Shown in pieces: positions 41,523 through 51,036 of a stretch of 64,000 nucleotides of DNA. This DNA comes from Thermoflexus hugenholtzii JAD2 (lineage in GTDB: Bacteria; Chloroflexota; Dehalococcoidia; UBA2979), in NCBI GenBank assembly GCA_945903275.1, contig CAMDNW010000002.1, positions 75,829-139,828 on the forward strand. Direction: 5' to 3'. Within the stretch, counting starts at the first letter, position 1, and every line of letters starts with the position of its first letter. The notes beneath the pieces are model-generated. The model did not search any database. It was not told the DNA's origin and was given only the letters and a program-made list of their open reading frames with translations. The translations under genes and the position numbers were made by a program.

Positions 41523-42239
41523 GTGAAGGGCATTAGGGTCGTGGGCGGCCTCGCGATTCTCGTGGCGGGCGTGTGGGCAGTGCTGCTCGGGATGGGCGGA
41601 TTCGACCAAGGAATCACGCACGGGATGGATGAGCGGCCGATGGTGGCGCTCACCTTCGACGACGGGTTAAACGAGCACTACACGGTCGCGGTCGCGGACA
41701 TCCTGGAACGCTACGGGGCACGGGGGACGTTCTTCATCGTGGGGCGACCGCTCGCGGAGCAGGCCTCGTTGGCACAGCGGCTGCGCGAGCGCGGGCATCT
41801 GCTCGCGAACCATTCGTACACGCACACGCGGGCAATGCGGAGCGATGTGCAGTACAACGAACTATCACGCACGCAGGCGGCGTTCGAGGAGCAACTGGGA
41901 GCGTGCCCACGGTTCTTCCGCCCGCCGTACGGGACGGAGACGGTGTTCACCAAAGCAGCAGTACAACGCGCGGGGATGCAGACGGTACTGTGGGACGTAG
42001 AAGTGGCTGACTGGGGGGAGAGCAACCCTCAACGGCTGGCGGCGCGCGTGCTGGGACTGGTGCATGCGGGAGCAATCGTACTGCTACACGACGGCCTCGA
42101 TGGGAGGCCCGGGGCGGATCGGTCGGTGTTGGTCGCAGCGTTGCCTATCATCCTCGATGGACTGCGGGCGCGCGGGCTGATGGCGGTGGGAGTGGACGAG
42201 TTGCTGGGGGCACCGGGCTACCTCGATCAGTGCGGATGA
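41523..42239 (+). CDS. polysaccharide deacetylase (CE4/NodB family) with N-terminal membrane anchor
   Basis: N-terminal TM, then the NodB motifs ALTFDDG, HSYTH and RPPYG. GTG start 49 nt downstream of the GT2 fusion gene. Confidence 0.85.
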   Translation: MKGIRVVGGLAILVAGVWAVLLGMGGFDQGITHGMDERPMVALTFDDGLNEHYTVAVADILERYGARGTFFIVGRPLAEQASLAQRLRERGHLLANHSYTHTRAMRSDVQYNELSRTQAAFEEQLGACPRFFRPPYGTETVFTKAAVQRAGMQTVLWDVEVADWGESNPQRLAARVLGLVHAGAIVLLHDGLDGRPGADRSVLVAALPIILDGLRARGLMAVGVDELLGAPGYLDQCG

Positions 42240-42295
42240 CCTAGATACACCTCGAGGCGCATGATTCCGCCGGAGCCGAAGGCAGGAGTAGCAAC

Positions 42296-42667
42296 ATGAC
42301 CTCGACGCCGGGGCGGATGAGCGCCATGCCGTACTTCGTGGTGCGGGAGGCGCCGCGGTTCATCGACTTCCTGGAGCGGGCGTTCTTAGCCGAGGTACTG
42401 CTGCGGGTGCCGGGGTTCGACGCGAGCATCGCACATGCCGAGGTGCGCATCGGTGACTCACTGATCGGCTTCAGCGAGTCATTCGACCGCGACGAACTAA
42501 CGCGCGGCGCAACTATGCTGCACACCGACGATGTGGATGCGACGTACTGGCGGGCGATGGAGGCGGGGGCGAACTCGCTCCGGGGGCCGGCCGATCAGGC
42601 GCGCGACGGGCGGATCGCGGAAGTGGTCGACTGGTGGGGGAACCGCTGGTTGATCACGTCGCGCTGA
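42296..42667 (+). CDS. VOC/glyoxalase-family protein
   Basis: The PhnB-like VOC fold motifs MPYFVV...FLERAF and RWLITS are present. Confidence 0.7.
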   Translation: MTSTPGRMSAMPYFVVREAPRFIDFLERAFLAEVLLRVPGFDASIAHAEVRIGDSLIGFSESFDRDELTRGATMLHTDDVDATYWRAMEAGANSLRGPADQARDGRIAEVVDWWGNRWLITSR

Positions 42668-42732
42668 CAGAACGTTTACGCGACCCGATCACTGTCCGAT
42701 TAGCATCGATACATATCAGCTAAGGACAACGT

Positions 42733-42900
42733 AATGCCTCGTGTTGTGCACTTCGAGATTCACGCGGACGACCATGAACGGGCGATGAAATTCTATGGCG
42801 ATGTCCTAGGATGGACATTTCAGGAGTACTTCCCCGACTACTGGGGGGTGGCTTTGCCTCAAAACCCCATGATCAGCGGGACTTCTGAGGCAGGCGGCTG
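42733..42900 (+). pseudogene. truncated VOC/glyoxalase N-terminal fragment
   Basis: MPRVVHFEIHADDHERAMKFYGDVLGWTFQEYFPDYWGVAL is the first glyoxalase half-domain, terminating after 55 aa where the 3' end overlaps the transposase remnant. Confidence 0.5.
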
Positions 42901-43107
42901 ACTTTTGGGGCAGTCCTGCCAGAACGCCGGTTCGATGCCGAGTTCGTACACCGACTGGATCAGGACAACGATGTTGTGACAGAGAAACTTCATCAGCGCC
43001 TCGTTGATCTGGGCCGTGGGAATCTTAGCCCGCGACGCCAAGTCATCGAAGCGAATATCTGAGCCTGCTGAGCGGTGTGCAACACCCTGCGACGCGCCTA
43101 CGCTGCC
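42859..43107 (-). mobile_element. ISAs1-family (IS4 superfamily) transposase C-terminal remnant
   Basis: Minus-strand translation ...SDIRFDDLASRAKIPTAQINEALMKFLCHNIVVLIQ aligns with the ISAs1 C-terminal block F(R/D)ED.SR...G.AAEN(L/F)A.LRR.ALNLL. An upstream in-frame stop lies at 43108, and there is no N-terminal part or inverted repeats. Confidence 0.45.
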
Positions 43108-43308
43108 TCAACCTCATATTGTCCTGATATGTATACGCGCTTATGCGTTGACACCGCAATCTGAGCGGGCTTACTGTCCGATCCCCGCACAGCACAACTG
43201 CTTACGCGGCTAAGCATCTAGGCCCAACATCTTGCGACTCCGCCCTAGCCAAACCCCACGGCTAGCGGTAACAAGCAGATAGCGGCCCGTAGCAGACGGG
43301 ACCTTCCC

Positions 43309-46300
43309 ATGCGTATTCAACGACACTTCACTACCGCCGGCCACGACCCCTACGAGGGCATCGAATTCGTCGCGCGGGAGTCAAAGATCATCAATCCTGA
43401 TGGATCGGCGGTGTTCTCCGCGGACGGCCTCGACATGCCAGCGGTGTGGTCGCAGGTGGCGGTCGACATCATGGCGCAGAAGTACTTCCGCAAGCGCGGC
43501 GTGCCCTCGTCGGCGCGGCACATATGGGAGGCCGACGTACCCCCGTGGCTGTGGACCTCGATGCCCGAGGCGAACGCGACGATGGGCGGCGGCGAGACAG
43601 ACGCGCGGCAGGTGTTCCACCGCCTGGCGGGAACGTGGACGTACTGGGGCTGGAAGCACAAGTACTTCGACAGCGAGCAGGACGCTGCCGCGTTTTATGA
43701 CGAGTTGTGCTACATGATGGCGACGCAGCGCGCCGCGCCGAACTCGCCGCAGTGGTTCAACACCGGCCTGCACTGGGCCTACGGCATCACCGGCCCGGCC
43801 CAGGGCCACTGGTACGTCGACCCGATCGCGGGCGACCTGCGCGCCTCGACCTCAGCGTACGAGCGGCCGCAGCCGCACGCGTGCTTCATCCAGTCTGTGA
43901 CCGACGACCTCGTGAACGAGGGCGGGATCATGGACCTGTGGACGCGCGAGGCGCGCATCTTCAAGTACGGATCGGGCACAGGTTCCAACTTCTCGCAGTT
44001 GCGCGGCGAGAACGAGCCGCTGTCGGGCGGCGGCAAGTCGTCGGGGCTGATGTCGTTCCTCAAGATCGGCGACCGGGCGGCGGGAGCGATCAAGTCGGGC
44101 GGCACCACGCGGCGCGCGGCAAAGATGGTGATCGTCAACGCCGACCACCCGGATGTGGAGCAGTTCATCGAGTGGAAGGTGCTGGAAGAGCAGAAGGTCG
44201 CATCGCTCGTCACCGGGTCGAAGGTCACGCGGCGGTCGCTGCGGGCGATCCTCGACGCGGCTGAGGCGGACGGCATCGACCCGGTCGCGAACCGGGGGCT
44301 GCGGCGGGCGGTGGCGCGGGCGCGGCGTGACGGAGTGGCGGAGGCGTACATCCAGCGCGCGCTGCAACTGGCGCAGACGGGCAACTTCGACTTCGACTTC
44401 CGGCAATTCGACACGGACTGGCAGGGCGAGGCCTACCTGACGGTAGCGGGGCAGAACTCCAACAACTCGGTACGCGTGACCGCGGACTTCCTGAGCGCGG
44501 TCGAGGACGACGGCGATTGGAACCTGACCAGGCGCACTGACGGTAGCGTGGAGAAGACGCTGAAAGCGCGTGACCTGTGGGCGCGCATCGCGAATGCGGC
44601 GTGGCAGTCGGCCGACCCGGGGTTGCAGTACGACACCACGATTAACGAGTGGCACACGGCTCCGGCGGGCGGGCGCATTGACGGTTCCAACCCGTGCAGC
44701 GAGTACATGTTCCTCGATGACACGGCGTGCAACCTAGCATCGCTGAACCTGCTCGCGTTCTACGACGAGACGAAGGCACAGTTCGACATTGAGGCGTACG
44801 AGTACGCCAACCGGCTGTGGACGATGGTGCTGGAGATCTCCGTGCTGATGGCGCAGTACCCGAGCCGGACGATCGCGCAGTTGTCATATGACTACCGCAC
44901 GCTGGGCCTCGGCTATGCCAATCTGGGCGCGATGCTGATGGTGCAGGGGATCCCGTACGACTCGCCGGAAGCGCTGGCGCAGGCCGGGGCGCTGACCGCG
45001 ATCATGACGGGCATCTCGTACGCGACCTCGGCGGAGATGGCGGCGGAGCTGGGCTCGTTCCCACGGTACGTTGAGAACCGGACGGCTATGCTGCGCGTGA
45101 TCCGCAACCACCGGCGCGCGGCCTACGCCGCGCCTCGTGAGCAATACGAAGAGCTGACGGTGCTGCCGAAGGCGATCGATCAGCAGTTGTGCCCGCGCGA
45201 CCTGCTCACGGCGGCGCAGCGTGCGTGGGACAACGCGCTCACGCTGGGCGAGGCGCACGGCTACCGCAACGCACAGACCTCGCTGATCGCGCCGACCGGC
45301 ACGATCGGGCTGCTGATGGACTGCGATACCACAGGCGTAGAGCCGGACTTTGCGCTGGTGAAGTTCAAGAAACTGGCGGGCGGCGGCTACTTCCGCATCA
45401 TCAACCTGTCGGTGCCGGGGGCGCTCGCACGCCTCGGGTACACGACGGCGCACGCGGACGACATCGTGCGGTACTGCGCGGGCACGGGCACGCTGGCCGG
45501 AGCGCCGCACATCAACCACGAGACGCTGGCGGCCAAGGGCTTCCCGGCGGACATGCTGGCGCGCATCGACACGTCGCTGCCGTCGGCGTTCGATATCACC
45601 TTTGCGTTCAACAAGTGGTCGCTCGGCGCGGAGTTCTGCCGCGACGTTCTCGGCTTCACGGACGAGCAGCTGTCCGACCCGGCGTTCGGCGTGCTCGACG
45701 CGCTCGGGTTCACCCGGGCGCAGGTGGAGGCGGCGAACGACCATATCGTGGGCCGCATGACGGTCGAGGGCGCGCCGCACCTGAAGCCGGAGCACTACGC
45801 GGTGTTCGACTGCGCCAATCGCTGCGGCAAGTACGGCACGCGCTACATCGCCCCGATGGCGCACGTGCGGATGCTGGCGGCGGCGCAGCCGTTCATCTCC
45901 GGCGCGATCAGCAAGACGATCAACATGCCATTCGACGCGACGATCGAGGAGGTGGCCGACGTCTACATGGCCTCGGCGAAGAGCATGGTGAAAGCGGTCG
46001 CGCTGTACCGCGACGGATCAAAGCTGTCACAGCCACTGTCCGCGGTAGCATTCGACGACCTCGATGAGGAGTACTTCGAGGACGACGGGCCGGTGGTACC
46101 GCCGGCGGCGGCCGACCACCCGGCGGTACGCGCGGCGGAGGACTTCGTACGTAGCTTGCAGCGCGGGTCGCGAGAAAAGCTGCCGACGCGGCGGCGCGGG
46201 TACGCGCAGAAGGCAAAGGTGGGCGGGCACTCGATCTACCTGCACACGGGCGAGTTCAACGAGCGGAACGACGACGGATCGCCTCGGCTCGGCGAGATCT

Positions 46301-46884
46301 TCGTGTCGATGTCGAAAGAGGGCGCGGCGTTCGGTTCGCTCATGAACTGCTTCGCGATCGGCGTGAGTATCGGCCTCCAGCACGGAGTGCCGCTGCAAGC
46401 GTACGTAGACTCGTTCATCTTCCAGAAGTTCGAGCCGAACGGGATGGTGATCGGCCACGACCGCATCTCGATGGCGACGAGCATCATCGACTACCTGTTC
46501 CGCGAGCTGGCAGTCACGTACATGGGCCGCGACGACCTAGCGCACTTCGGGCCGCCCGAGGATCACGACCCGGCGGAAGACGCCATCGACCAGCCGACGC
46601 CGGTGACGGCACGAGACTTCATCGCCTTCGACAGCGGTGATGGCGACGTGGCGCCCGCTCCGGCGGCGGCCACTGTGGTGGCCGATCCGCCACGGCTGCC
46701 GAGCGCCACGCCGGTTTCGGCAGTCCTCGAAATGCACGTGCAGAAGCCAGCTGACCGAGTGGTGGAGGCGCGCCTGAAGGGCTACGAGGGCGACCCATGC
46801 GACGAGTGCGGGCAGTTGATGATGGTGCGCAACGGGACGTGCTTGAAGTGCCTCAACTGCGGCGCGACGTCAGGGTGTAGCTAG
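43309..46884 (+). CDS. nrdJ: adenosylcobalamin-dependent (class II) ribonucleotide reductase, long form with C-terminal zinc ribbon
   Basis: RNR barrel with SNPCSEY active-site Cys region, GGG...FIS...KTINMP C-terminal radical-transfer area, and a terminal CDECGQL...CLKCLNCG ribbon. No intein blocks are seen. Confidence 0.93.
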   Translation: MRIQRHFTTAGHDPYEGIEFVARESKIINPDGSAVFSADGLDMPAVWSQVAVDIMAQKYFRKRGVPSSARHIWEADVPPWLWTSMPEANATMGGGETDARQVFHRLAGTWTYWGWKHKYFDSEQDAAAFYDELCYMMATQRAAPNSPQWFNTGLHWAYGITGPAQGHWYVDPIAGDLRASTSAYERPQPHACFIQSVTDDLVNEGGIMDLWTREARIFKYGSGTGSNFSQLRGENEPLSGGGKSSGLMSFLKIGDRAAGAIKSGGTTRRAAKMVIVNADHPDVEQFIEWKVLEEQKVASLVTGSKVTRRSLRAILDAAEADGIDPVANRGLRRAVARARRDGVAEAYIQRALQLAQTGNFDFDFRQFDTDWQGEAYLTVAGQNSNNSVRVTADFLSAVEDDGDWNLTRRTDGSVEKTLKARDLWARIANAAWQSADPGLQYDTTINEWHTAPAGGRIDGSNPCSEYMFLDDTACNLASLNLLAFYDETKAQFDIEAYEYANRLWTMVLEISVLMAQYPSRTIAQLSYDYRTLGLGYANLGAMLMVQGIPYDSPEALAQAGALTAIMTGISYATSAEMAAELGSFPRYVENRTAMLRVIRNHRRAAYAAPREQYEELTVLPKAIDQQLCPRDLLTAAQRAWDNALTLGEAHGYRNAQTSLIAPTGTIGLLMDCDTTGVEPDFALVKFKKLAGGGYFRIINLSVPGALARLGYTTAHADDIVRYCAGTGTLAGAPHINHETLAAKGFPADMLARIDTSLPSAFDITFAFNKWSLGAEFCRDVLGFTDEQLSDPAFGVLDALGFTRAQVEAANDHIVGRMTVEGAPHLKPEHYAVFDCANRCGKYGTRYIAPMAHVRMLAAAQPFISGAISKTINMPFDATIEEVADVYMASAKSMVKAVALYRDGSKLSQPLSAVAFDDLDEEYFEDDGPVVPPAAADHPAVRAAEDFVRSLQRGSREKLPTRRRGYAQKAKVGGHSIYLHTGEFNERNDDGSPRLGEIFVSMSKEGAAFGSLMNCFAIGVSIGLQHGVPLQAYVDSFIFQKFEPNGMVIGHDRISMATSIIDYLFRELAVTYMGRDDLAHFGPPEDHDPAEDAIDQPTPVTARDFIAFDSGDGDVAPAPAAATVVADPPRLPSATPVSAVLEMHVQKPADRVVEARLKGYEGDPCDECGQLMMVRNGTCLKCLNCGATSGCS

Positions 46885-47108
46885 AGTAATGGAGTACCGC
46901 GTAACCCTCGGGACGCATCCCGAGGGTTACGCGGTAGCGTGCTTCTATACCACTCTCAGAAACGTCAGCGATAAGCATGGGTGCCGTTTGTGACCGCAGA
47001 GGACAGTGACAGCGGGTACCTCGGTGTGGTGTTTGAGACAGGACATCAGTCATGTGTTGCCGTGCGTTGTAGCATGCGCGGCAACACATGACTGATGTGG
47101 AGGTCGCC

Positions 47109-48341
47109 ATGCCGGACAAAGCGCTCTCGCGCATTCGCATCACCGACTTCAGCGGCGTGCTCGCCGGAGCAGGGGCCAGCCGCATCCTCGCGGCCTTCGG
47201 CGCGCAGGTGATCCGTGTTGAAAATCCAGCGAACAAGGGGGCTTGGGACCCGCTGCGCGCGAGCGCCCCTTACATCGATGAGCGGCGGGGGCACAACTTC
47301 GGGGGCGGGTGGCAGAATCACAACGTCGAGAAGCTGGGTGTCACTTTGAACCTCGCCACGCCGAAGGGGCGCGAGCTGTTCCCGCGCCTCGTAGCCATCT
47401 CCGACATCGTGGCCGAGAACTTCGCGGCCGGCGTGCTCGCGCGCCTCGGTTTCGCGTACGAGCAACTACAGTCGATAAAACCGGACATCATCTACCTCTC
47501 AAACTGCGGGTTTGGGCACTGGGGACCGTACGAACAGTTCAAGACGTGGGGTCCCATCGTGCAGGCGTTCAGCGGCCTCACGTACACCTCCGGGCTACCC
47601 GACCGGGCACCCGCTGGGTGGGGCTACTCATACATGGACCACGGCGGCGCGTACTTCGGCGCGATCGCCATGCTCGCGGCGCTGCACCACCGCCACAAGA
47701 CCGGCGAGGGCCAGCACATCGATCTTGCCACCACCGAGGCAGCATCGACGCTCATGGGCACACACATTCTCGACTACACCGTGAACGGCCGCCGAACGCG
47801 CAACGAGCATGGCGTCGACTCGAACCGTGGCGAGGCGCTCATGGCGCCGCACAACATCTACGCGGCCAATGGCGAAGATGAATGGGTCGCGATCGCCTGC
47901 CGTGATGATGCCGAATGGCGCGCACTGGCTGGCGAGATCGGAAAGCGTGCGGAGGATCCGCGCTTCACGATGCTCGAAGGCCGCCTCGCGCACCGTGACG
48001 ACCTCGAAGCGCTGGTGGGTATCTGGACCGCGGATCAAAACAAGTTCGCGGTCCAGCGCCGGCTACAGGCGCTCGGCATCCCGGCAGCAGCCGTGCAGCG
48101 GCCCGAGGAACGCGTCGACAAAGACCCAAACACGGCGGCGTGGGGGCTGTGGCCGCAGGTGCACCACAACGAGATGGGGAAAGTGCGCGTCGACGGCATC
48201 CCCGTGCACGCCTCGGCCACAGACTGGGAGATCAAGCGTGGCGCGCCGCTACTCGGCCAACACAACTACGAGGTATACGGAGGGCTGCTCGGCATGAGCG
48301 ACGGCGAGATCGCAGCGCTGACGGCGGAGGGCGTGCTATGA
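47109..48341 (+). CDS. family III CoA-transferase (CaiB/BaiF/Frc family), subunit 1
   Basis: N-terminus RIRITDFSGVLAGAGASRILAAFGAQVIRVENP and the central family III fold. The stop overlaps the next start (ATGA at 48338). Confidence 0.85.
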   Translation: MPDKALSRIRITDFSGVLAGAGASRILAAFGAQVIRVENPANKGAWDPLRASAPYIDERRGHNFGGGWQNHNVEKLGVTLNLATPKGRELFPRLVAISDIVAENFAAGVLARLGFAYEQLQSIKPDIIYLSNCGFGHWGPYEQFKTWGPIVQAFSGLTYTSGLPDRAPAGWGYSYMDHGGAYFGAIAMLAALHHRHKTGEGQHIDLATTEAASTLMGTHILDYTVNGRRTRNEHGVDSNRGEALMAPHNIYAANGEDEWVAIACRDDAEWRALAGEIGKRAEDPRFTMLEGRLAHRDDLEALVGIWTADQNKFAVQRRLQALGIPAAAVQRPEERVDKDPNTAAWGLWPQVHHNEMGKVRVDGIPVHASATDWEIKRGAPLLGQHNYEVYGGLLGMSDGEIAALTAEGVL

Positions 48342-49612
48342 CCGGCTCACTGAACGACCTGCGAGTAATCGAGCTCTGCGATGAGGCCGGCGCGTGGGCT
48401 GGAAAGCTGCTCGCGGACATGGGCGCCGACGTTATCAAGGTGGAACCGCCTCGGGGCAGCATCGTGCGCTCGTACCCGCCGTTCTACCACGACGAACCGC
48501 ACCCCGACCGCAGCCTCGCGTTCTGGAACTACAACACCAGCAAGCGCGGCGTCACGATCGACTTAGAGCAGGCGGCAGGGCGTGAGGTGTTTCGCAATCT
48601 AGTCGCGAGCGCAGACATGCTGATCGAAGATCAGGCGCCCGACCGCATGGCAGCCTGGGGCCTCGATTATACTGACCTCGCGCCGACACACCCGGGGCTG
48701 ATCATGGTCTCGATCACGCCGTTCGGGCGGTCCGGCCCGCGCTCTGAGGAGCAGGCGACCGACCTCACGCTGCTCGCTGGCGGAGGCCCAGTGTGGTCAT
48801 GCGGTTACGACGACCACACACTGGCGCCGGTGCGCGGACACGGTAATCAGGGCTACCTCACGGCGAGCAACTGGGCCGTCGCGACCGCGCTGATCGCTCT
48901 GCTGCACCGTGATTTCACGGGCGAGGGTCAGCACCTTGATGTGAACATGCACGCCGCACAGAACGTCACAACGGAGGCCGCCAGTTACACGTGGCTGGTC
49001 GCTAAGCAGACCGTGCAGCGGCAGACAGGGCGTCATGCCTCAGTGGTGCCTTCGGGAGACGTGCAAGTGATCGCTGGCGACGGACGCTACGTGACGACGG
49101 GCTTCGCGCCGCGCCGGCCCGCCCAGATAGCCATGATCCTCGAATGGCTCCACACGCTCGGTATAAAGGAACAGTTCGACCAGTGGCCACTACTCGAGGT
49201 CGGCGCACACCTCAACCACGACATCACGATCGCTGCCATCGAAGAAGGTGGCGAGGATGCGATGATCTTTGGGGCGGTGCGCGCGGCGCTGCTCTTCATC
49301 GCGCAGCACATCACTGCCTACGAGTTCTTCGTAGGCACGCAGTCGCGCGACATGCAGTGCGGTCTCATCAACGCGCCCGACGATGTCATCGATGACCCGC
49401 ACATGCGCGAGCGCGGCTTCGCGGTCGAGGTCGCACATCCGGAGCTTGGCCGCTCGTTCATCTATCCCGGCGCGCCGTACCATCTGCCAGCCTCACCATG
49501 GCGCATATCGAGACGTGCGCCCTTGCTCGGCGAGCACACGGACGAGGTGCTGTCGGAGATAGGTGTATCGACGGTGGAGCGGCAGCAACTGCGGGAGGCA
49601 GGCGTGGTTTAG
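48338..49612 (+). CDS. family III CoA-transferase, subunit 2 (paralogous to upstream gene)
   Basis: LRVIELCDEAGAWAGKLLADMGADVIKVEPP N-terminus, same family, translationally coupled to the upstream gene. Confidence 0.85.
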   Translation: MTGSLNDLRVIELCDEAGAWAGKLLADMGADVIKVEPPRGSIVRSYPPFYHDEPHPDRSLAFWNYNTSKRGVTIDLEQAAGREVFRNLVASADMLIEDQAPDRMAAWGLDYTDLAPTHPGLIMVSITPFGRSGPRSEEQATDLTLLAGGGPVWSCGYDDHTLAPVRGHGNQGYLTASNWAVATALIALLHRDFTGEGQHLDVNMHAAQNVTTEAASYTWLVAKQTVQRQTGRHASVVPSGDVQVIAGDGRYVTTGFAPRRPAQIAMILEWLHTLGIKEQFDQWPLLEVGAHLNHDITIAAIEEGGEDAMIFGAVRAALLFIAQHITAYEFFVGTQSRDMQCGLINAPDDVIDDPHMRERGFAVEVAHPELGRSFIYPGAPYHLPASPWRISRRAPLLGEHTDEVLSEIGVSTVERQQLREAGVV

Positions 49613-51036
49613 ACGGACGTGCCCTCCGCAGCAGAGGCGCTCTTCTGCACGACTCGCGGAGTGCGTTCGGTGGCGAACAGAACGGCGGAGAGCAGACCGA
49701 TCGCACCACCCGCCAGCAGTGCACCGCCGATGCCGACGCGATCCGCCAACACTGCGGCGGCGATCGGCGCCACCACGCCAGCGGTGTAGACCACAGTCGT
49801 GTCGATCGAGTTAAACGTCACGCCATAGCCGGCGGGTACCGTGCTCATGAGACGGTCGAAGATGGCGAGGTTCATGCCTGAGCTGAACACTGCGCCCAGC
49901 CCGGCGAGCAACGCAGCCACCGCCACGTATTGCGTCGAGGCGAGCGCGACTGGGTAGAGCGCGTACCCGAACATCGCAACCACCAACACGAAGGCGGCAC
50001 CGCGCCTGTGCGACTGGCGTCGCCAGATCGCGTAGCCGACGAGCAACATCAGCGACTGCGTGGTGCCGATAAACCCGATCCAGCGGTCGGACGCGTCGAG
50101 CACGCGCACGTAGTACAGCGGTATCAGCGGCATGATGAAGGTCACGCTGATAGCGGAGACGAAGCGTCGCATCTCGAATGCGAGGAAGGGACGCTCGATG
50201 CGCACACGAGCTGCCATGGCGGCGGTACGTGCGCGCACGGAGTCGCCCAAAACTCCTCGTGCCGCCGACGGATGGTCCGGCACGCGGATGCGCGATCCAT
50301 ACTGGTATGCCCAGAGACCGGCGACCGAGAAGGCACAGAACACGAGCTGGTAGTTGAGCGGGAAGGGGAGCCGGTTGAGCATGTCTCCGGCCACGGCCAG
50401 AGTGACAGCGGTCATGAATCCCATGAGCGACCAGCGGCGGCTCATCAGTTCGAAACGCCCGCGCGTGCCCGCGGTCGCGTCCATCACGACGTTGAACGCG
50501 ACGTTCGTCGCGGTCGCGAAGATCATTGCGACCCCGTAGATCGCGAGGATCGCGGGAATCACCAGATCCGGCGGCATCATCAACGAAGCCAGCGCCGCCG
50601 CACCGAACGCGGCTTGCCCACCGATCCTTCCGTACGCGTACCATGGGATTATGTTACGCCGCGTCTGCATGAACAACCCGAGCGGGATTGCGAGCGCCAC
50701 TCCCGCAAGGCTGGGAAGGGTAGTGATCAGGCTGATCTGGATGTTGGAGCCACCGAGGCGCGCCATGAACACCGGGAGGAACGTGCTAGCCGCGTTGATT
50801 ACGCCGATAAGCGCCGCCTCCCTGAAGGCGTAGTGGAAGTTGTGCTGCTCCGTGAGCGTTGAGCCGAGGGGGGCCTCTAAGTAGTCACGTAACCAGCGGA
50901 ATGGCCTGCCGCGAGTTGCGACCGCGAACTTCGGCGTCGAGTCTTGCGACGGGTCGGGCTGCGTCATCCTGAGCATCGTATAGTCTCGAGTGCTTACTAG
51001 GACTGCAGACGATGTGGCCCAGGTGAGCGTGCTCAT
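49609..51036 (-). CDS. MFS transporter
   Basis: ~12 TM helices. Its stop overlaps the CoA-transferase 2 stop region (convergent). Confidence 0.8.
   Translation of the reverse strand: MSTLTWATSSAVLVSTRDYTMLRMTQPDPSQDSTPKFAVATRGRPFRWLRDYLEAPLGSTLTEQHNFHYAFREAALIGVINAASTFLPVFMARLGGSNIQISLITTLPSLAGVALAIPLGLFMQTRRNIIPWYAYGRIGGQAAFGAAALASLMMPPDLVIPAILAIYGVAMIFATATNVAFNVVMDATAGTRGRFELMSRRWSLMGFMTAVTLAVAGDMLNRLPFPLNYQLVFCAFSVAGLWAYQYGSRIRVPDHPSAARGVLGDSVRARTAAMAARVRIERPFLAFEMRRFVSAISVTFIMPLIPLYYVRVLDASDRWIGFIGTTQSLMLLVGYAIWRRQSHRRGAAFVLVVAMFGYALYPVALASTQYVAVAALLAGLGAVFSSGMNLAIFDRLMSTVPAGYGVTFNSIDTTVVYTAGVVAPIAAAVLADRVGIGGALLAGGAIGLLSAVLFATERTPRVVQKSASAAEGTSV

Noticed and set aside
43100-43180. NrdR boxes in the AT-rich stretch upstream of nrdJ
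   Set aside because: Neither candidate 16-mer is palindromic or close to the ACACWATATATWGTGT consensus.
43309-46884. Intein inside the unusually long nrdJ
   Set aside because: No Cys/Ser-initiated block A, no TxxH block B and no terminal HN-C/S/T. The sequence reads as continuous RNR.
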